Assembly (NCBI GenBank): GCA_050575255.1
Contig: JBNZDD010013650.1
Location: 3,132,073-3,196,072 of the forward strand
DNA length: 64,000 nt
From: Harriotta raleighana
Taxonomy: Eukaryota
Reading direction: 5' to 3'
Shown here in pieces: positions 58,150 through 64,000 of the stretch (positions are counted from its first letter, which is position 1; every line of letters starts with the position of its first letter). The notes under the pieces are model-generated. The model was given only the letters and a program-made list of their open reading frames with translations. It did no database searches and was not told the origin of the DNA. A program made the position numbers and the translations under genes.

Positions 58150-60985
58150 NNNNNNNGGGGTTGGGGGGGGGGGGGGGGGGGGGTCGTTGGCCAGGGCAGT
58201 CCACACGATGCACAGTTACAGTTATTAATGCTCCCTTTAGTTTTCCTTCCGCAACACTCTCATAAAACGAGTCAATCGTCGTACTGGACACTTGGTGGAG
58301 AGATACCCTTCACTTCTTCATCCAAGCATCAGTCTCATTCATTTGCTCCCGATAGTATCTGCCAGGAGCCTATTGATTCGCCTGTGGCATTGTCACCACA
58401 GGTTTTGACCGAGGGAGAGAGTTTCCAAATGAATGTTGAGTTGGTGAGTTGCATGGATGGAGCAGGCTTGATGGTTCTTTTTGGTTCCACTCTTCCTTAC
58501 GGTATTGTGGTCTTGAGACCCCGACCTTCTCGATGATACTGTTCCTGATAACCCTTACCTCGGACCAAATACGTGCGATGGGTTACATTGACCACAATAT
58601 TAGATTGAAATATGACTTTGGGGGGAAAAAAACCTCGGATTCTGCAATATTAATATATTATTAAGATTATTATACAAAATGCTGGACTTTTTTACATACG
58701 AACCAGGTGAAATCCGCACTTTAGAGTGTTAGATTTCATCCCCCTCGACTTTGAAACAAATTGTGTGGTTTGTGCACAAGGTACCATTCATCCGACCTTG
58801 TTTCATCAAACCTCTTGCTAGTCTCTCCTTGAAACTTTGTAAATCATCCTCAGCCTCACCTGGAATTGAGAAGTTCGCATGGTGGAGTCATTGTAATAGG
58901 GCAGTTTGGACTACTGTACCACCACATAAGATGCCCCACTCCCCTGGGTTGNAAGGTACCATTCATCCGACCTTGTTTCATCAAACCTCTTGCTAGTCTC
59001 TCCTTGAAACTTTGTAAATCATCCTCAGCCTCACCTGGAATTGAGAAGTTCGCATGGTGGAGTCATTGTAATAGGGCAGTTTGGACTACTGTACAACCAC
59101 ATAAGATGACATAAGATGCCCCACTCCCCTGGGTTGGTGTCGTTACATTGGGCAAAATTGAGCGCTGGATCTGGGTCCAGATTGTGTCATTTTTCGCACC
59201 AAAACAACTTGTGTCTTTGGCACCAAAGCTGTGATGAATCACCACCTGAAATTCATCGCTAGGAAACGAACACGGTACACTATGATGAATTGGTTCACAA
59301 TATTTCATTAGATGGAATTCAGGAAGAGAATACACAAAGATAGAGGGAGAACATTAATTTCCCTTCTCTCTCTCCACCCACCCCCACCCTACCACACACA
59401 CACACACACACACACATACATGAAACGTCCCTATAAAGTATTGTAGTAACTTGTACCAAGCAGTCTGTGAACTCCGAAAGGATATGGGTGTTAGTTACTA
59501 CAATCAAAATACAAGCGGATGTGACTGAAATAAATCAACTATTTGGTTATACCGTGTCCAACGGTGCGTTTGATGTCGCTTTTCGCATTGGTGAGGTTTA
59601 AACTCGACCACAGCAGTCATCCCTCGAGCAAATAAACCAGACTGAGACACACCAGGAGTGGTGTTGTGTCACACAGAATCAATCAACTCGTGGAATTAAT
59701 CTCCGAATCAACAGGAAAACACGGAGCTTTGTGAATTTATCAGTGTGTTGGTAAGGACCAAGTCAATCAGGTCGGTCAAGGAACTTGGNGAAGGGGGGGG
59801 GGGGGGGGGGGGGGGGGGGGGATTTCAAGAACGTGTGGGCTCCCAATTACTGCAACTTGAGTTAAAACGCGATTGAATCTATTTTAATAATAAAAAAAGC
59901 TGATCAAAACAGTTTCCTGCTTACCGGTGGATTAAGGCCCTTTCTTTTCTCAAATGGGATGAAGAAAATAAATAAACCAATAAATCGCAATCCTCACAAT
60001 TTAAAAGGGATAGACGAGGAGGAGAAGAAAAGAGAGAGAGAGAGAAAATTGCCCTTGTCGAACAAGGGACTAAGTTGGCTCCAAGCCAATTTGGATTGTA
60101 CTGATTCTCCATGCTTACTTAATTCTGAATAGTGCACAAGGCGAGTGCTCGTTAGCCGTAGCCAGGGGCAGGGCTCGAACTCGGTTCCCTGTGGTTACGA
60201 CAGCCTCTAGCCCCTTACAAAACTACAACCTTCCAGCATTGGACATTGTGGGTCCAGGGCAGGTAATTGATAGAGTAATATAGGCTATCTTAGTCTTCTG
60301 GCGCCCGGAGGACAAGAGACAGTTGTGCAAAGCTGTCTATAACAGCACACACACACACACACAAACACACGCGCACAAAAACACTTTATCCCCAATCCTA
60401 ATAAGAAATAGGGTAATTTGGAGCAGCCAGATAAAGGTTTAAGGCTATTCTCAAGAGTCATGCCTCCCCCTCACACGCAAAAAAAGTGTTCATTTCAAAT
60501 ATTTAGGCAGCGTTTGGGGATACACGTTTTGCAGTGTCCGGGGACAAGTTGTGAATGCAAAGTTTTTTTTTGAAACCAGCCACACTGACTTCATTCAGCA
60601 AGTAGCGTTTGCTGTATTTAGAAACGCGATATAGTTCACATTTGATGGGGGTGGGTGGTGTGGGGGGAGGGGGGGCTGTGTGGGGGGAGAGAGAGAGACT
60701 GGAGGTTGATTGGGTCCGTTATCAATTCAACATTTTATACTGTTCAGAACTTGTCCCCTCTTACCTTCCAGTATTGGAGGATTTACCTGCTAACGTGAAG
60801 TGAGTGATTCTGGGCTTCACACCCATCCCCTTCGAGTTGGGCCACGTTTGACAATTCTTATGATGTCAAACCAATATGCCCATATCTTTTATATACACTT
60901 CGCTTCACGGTGTTGAGCTGCTTAACAGTTTTGCGCAAACATATTCTTGATCTTTAAAAAAATTATGAATATACATATTTATATT

Positions 60986-61087
60986 TGGTGATAGAAGCGC
61001 AAACTTATACTATGTATATATATTTATATACAACTTTATATATATGTATATATATAAATATAGTGTAAGTTTGCGCTTCTATCACCA
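60986..61087. repeat. Inverted repeat, 28-bp arms with an AT-rich centre
   Basis: TGGTGATAGAAGCGCAAACTTATACTAT pairs with ATAGTGTAAGTTTGCGCTTCTATCACCA; the outer 22 bp are perfect and there is 1 mismatch in 28. Confidence 0.92.
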
Positions 61088-62682
61088 CGGGCAATTAAAA
61101 CGCACAATTAACTTCCAACGCAGGATCCTGCATAATGTAGCGTTTACTTCTGGCAGAGTTTGGAACCGGCGGGTTTTTAATTGGATTTTCTATGTGATAT
61201 TTTAGAGGGGAGGTGCGGGCTGGGAGGGGAGGGAGAGGGGGGGGGGGGGGGGGGGAGGTTGTTGCTGAATGATTGACGAGGGCTGAGGGTGGGTGGTAAA
61301 TGGGGTTTGACAAGCACTGGCGTCTCTCACTGACTCGCCAGCGCACTTGAATCGCACGGGGTGGCGGGGGGCCTTTTGTCTCCGGCTCGGGGTGATTTCC
61401 AAGCGGCCGACTGACTATTTTTCTGGTACAGTTCTGCAAGATAATAGCTAATTAACAACTCACCAAAGGGATGGGGGGGGGGGNNNNNNNNNNNNNNNNN
61501 NNNNNNNNNNNNNGAGGGGGGCAAAGGGGGGAGGCAAGGGATAATTCTTGTCCAAGGAAATAAGGACGAGCCAGCCAGTGACATCATGATTCTCTGGGAC
61601 TTGTACATTATTGGAAATAATATTGAGAGGAGTAGTAAGAGCCCATGTTGGGGGAAATCCAGAGAGTCTCTCTCTTTCTTTCTCTCCCTCTCTCTCATTC
61701 ACTATCCCTCTCTCACACGGAGCTTTGAAATTTAAAGAGACAATACCGCGTTGGATCAACTTGATCAATATTTGTCTTTTAACTGCTAAAAATCCACAAT
61801 GCATACCAACTGACCTCGCCCCCAGCGCCCCCAGTGTGTCCACATCGGCGAGTTAAACGGTGCCAAATGGAATAAATTGTAGGCTACATCTTTGAATTCA
61901 GTCATGCTTTCAAATGCGACTGGATTTATCATGGGGGGAGGGGGAGGAGGGAAGGGGGGAGGATGGGACAAACTTTGTTTTTCTTGTTCGATTTAGCTTT
62001 CAGTTAAAGTGCGCCAATATCTGTATACGTGAGTTCACCGGTGAGAGGTGCGATTTCGTGCCCTCAGCTCCATTTGGAAGGCTTCAAACACGAAGCTGCT
62101 CCAAAGTGTTTAGTCTCAAAGTTGAGATCTGGTAAAGTTCGGGGGGTGGGGGTGGGGTGTACAGTTGATTTTGCTATAATAATGTCACTATTGATGAGAT
62201 CGTGCGGAGGCGCCCAAATTATCCAAGGCTTTTGAAGCTCAAAGTCATATGTTTTCATTGCATCATTTCATAGATACCCAGCAGATACCAGGCGTCTGTC
62301 CTCCTGATAATGATTTCAGTCGAATGGTCCAGCCTTTTTTTTTCCCTGCTGGCTCCGTTTTGCTCTCTGTATCTCAAAATCAGGCACATTCCCTATCTCA
62401 GGCGTTTGGATACCGGTCTGTTTATGCTCGCTCTATGAATTGACACATGTACTTGTTGCTATAACAAACTGATTTGAGTTAGACGCATGTAGATCAACCT
62501 GACCCGAGGAAAGTATTTCACTGTGGCGTATCGATAAATATTTACTCGTTTCACGCCATTATGGCAGTGCTCTATCCCTACTGGACAATAAAAGGTTTTC
62601 CATCAATTCAATATGTTTATTTATTCATGGGAGAAATGCGTGTGTTTCTGACAAACTGCTATTTCTCCACCTAGCTGTACGT

Positions 62683-62780
62683 TTAATAATCCTTGCGTTT
62701 GACATCATGTCTGATCACATCGTTCAGACGTCTCAAAACGCTTCACAGAACATGCTGTAAAGTCAATCGTCTGTGTATTA
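62683..62780 (-). mobile_element. SINE 3' tail fragment
   Basis: TAATAATCCTTGCGTTTGA...GACGTCTCAAAACGCTTCACAGAACATGCTGTAAAGT. Confidence 0.75.
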
Positions 62781-64000
62781 ATCCATTGTACGCGTAATAC
62801 CAAGTGGAATTGTCTTTCCGAAAGACATAAGTGGGGACGTTTAACACGATAAGTGTTCTGTAGATATCTCACAGTGATCTGGCAGCGTCCTTTCCTTGTC
62901 GTAACCGGCCTCTAAATGTTAATCCTGTTCAGTCTCTATTGTTTCCCGTGCCCTCTACTGTCGAGATTTCAGTAGCTGTCACTATTTCAGAGCAATCCAC
63001 ATTCATTTAGATTATTATCTCCGACAGAGTTCGTTAAATTGATGAAGGCTACATACAAGCAGACCATTGTAGTGGGCGGTTCGTCTCTCAAGCAAGAATT
63101 TCCTCTGGGTCTTAAATCCCACGAAGGAATCTTGACGATTGCTGTACAGTACTTGAAACCAAATATCAGGTTGTACTAATCCCCTTCACCCATTCCCAAG
63201 GATAGCGACAACAACCACAACTGTATTTGATTCGCGTCGTATTCCCGTATATTGATTATGCGTAAAATAATAGCAAAATAAACACTGGCTTCAGAAAAGG
63301 ATCAAAGGATAAAAACTGACGGAGCTAATTCAATATGGAACAGATCGAGATGTTTCTGTGTTTTTGTGTCGCTATGGATATGCCTCCTGCATAATGCAAC
63401 CGATCAGAGTTGTAATGGCAGATTGTGAGATTGGAATGGAGATTAATAGACCCGAGTTCTGATTCATAACCTCTGAGAATCATAAACAACTTTCAAAGAG
63501 CACTCTTCGTAAAACCTTACCCGAGGTGCTTAATCTCATTTATAATGTGGGTACATTGTACTATTGTACCTGGTAAATGATACCTGTAGGAGGATAACGA
63601 TAGTGGCAACTGTGCAACTTAACACTACTCAATATTTAGTTTGTGCTCGAAAGGTGTATTCTGCCCATTCAGGTTCTCATCTGAATAGTTGAAGACATTG
63701 TCTGTACCTCCAAGGAAGATTTGTGAATCAACGAAGCTGGTCAGCCCCCCAAAATGCCTTGGGTCACTGCAATCCCTCTTGTGTTTTGCCAGGTATGTCT
63801 CATTGGAGTGCTCTGCTTGGGGAACTCTCACCAAGGAGGATATGTTTCGACCCATTACTTATTTCATCGACCCCGAAAGGGTGAAGGTCTGAGCGGACCC
63901 ACCAGGATTCAAGCCCAGAATCCCCAATTCTGCCTAATGCCCAGATCACCGGATTAGCTCTGTACCAGAAACCAGTGCAGACACGGTTTTTGGCATTGGG

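Noticed and set aside
57988-58536. 182-aa ORF
   Set aside because: It runs through a SINE fragment, an N gap and a poly-G tract, with no coding character.
58778-59136. Near-perfect tandem duplication of about 174 bp, with duplicated ORFs 58751-58996 and 58866-59114
   Set aside because: The junction is a single n at 58952, and the small differences look allelic. Treated as an artefact.
60220-60242. ZNF143/THAP11-like ACTACAA...CCAGCAT motif
   Set aside because: Spacing and core deviate from ACTACAANTCCCAG, and there is no evidence of a promoter at this position.

Overview
AT-rich vertebrate genomic DNA with no prokaryotic features. The tRNA/Deu-type SINE, L2 and CR1 repeats point to a cartilaginous fish, probably a chimaera such as Callorhinchus (inference). 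Bases 392-12835 hold the last six coding exons of an ANKFN1/Nmf9/wide-awake family gene on the + strand. All junctions are GT-AG and phase-compatible, giving about 556 residues that end in a Ras-association-like domain and a class I PDZ-type tail (ATTV). This suggests the RA-retaining paralog rather than the mammalian-type ANKFN1. Roughly 13-52 kb is 3' UTR and intergenic DNA dense in SINEs, 5'-truncated L2 and CR1 fragments, two pogo/Tigger-type non-autonomous DNA transposons and several older SINE families. From about 53 kb the sequence becomes CpG-rich and repeat-poor, with enhancer-like blocks, G/C tracts and a 102-bp palindrome. That pattern fits the regulatory domain of a developmental gene beyond the window, possibly a noggin paralog by synteny. 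I found no well-supported novel biological system. The best leads are the RA/PDZ-bearing paralog, the downstream regulatory domain, a 31-bp octamer-like minisatellite and LF-SINE-like relics. Repeat family names come from memory of consensus sequences, and repeat boundaries are approximate.
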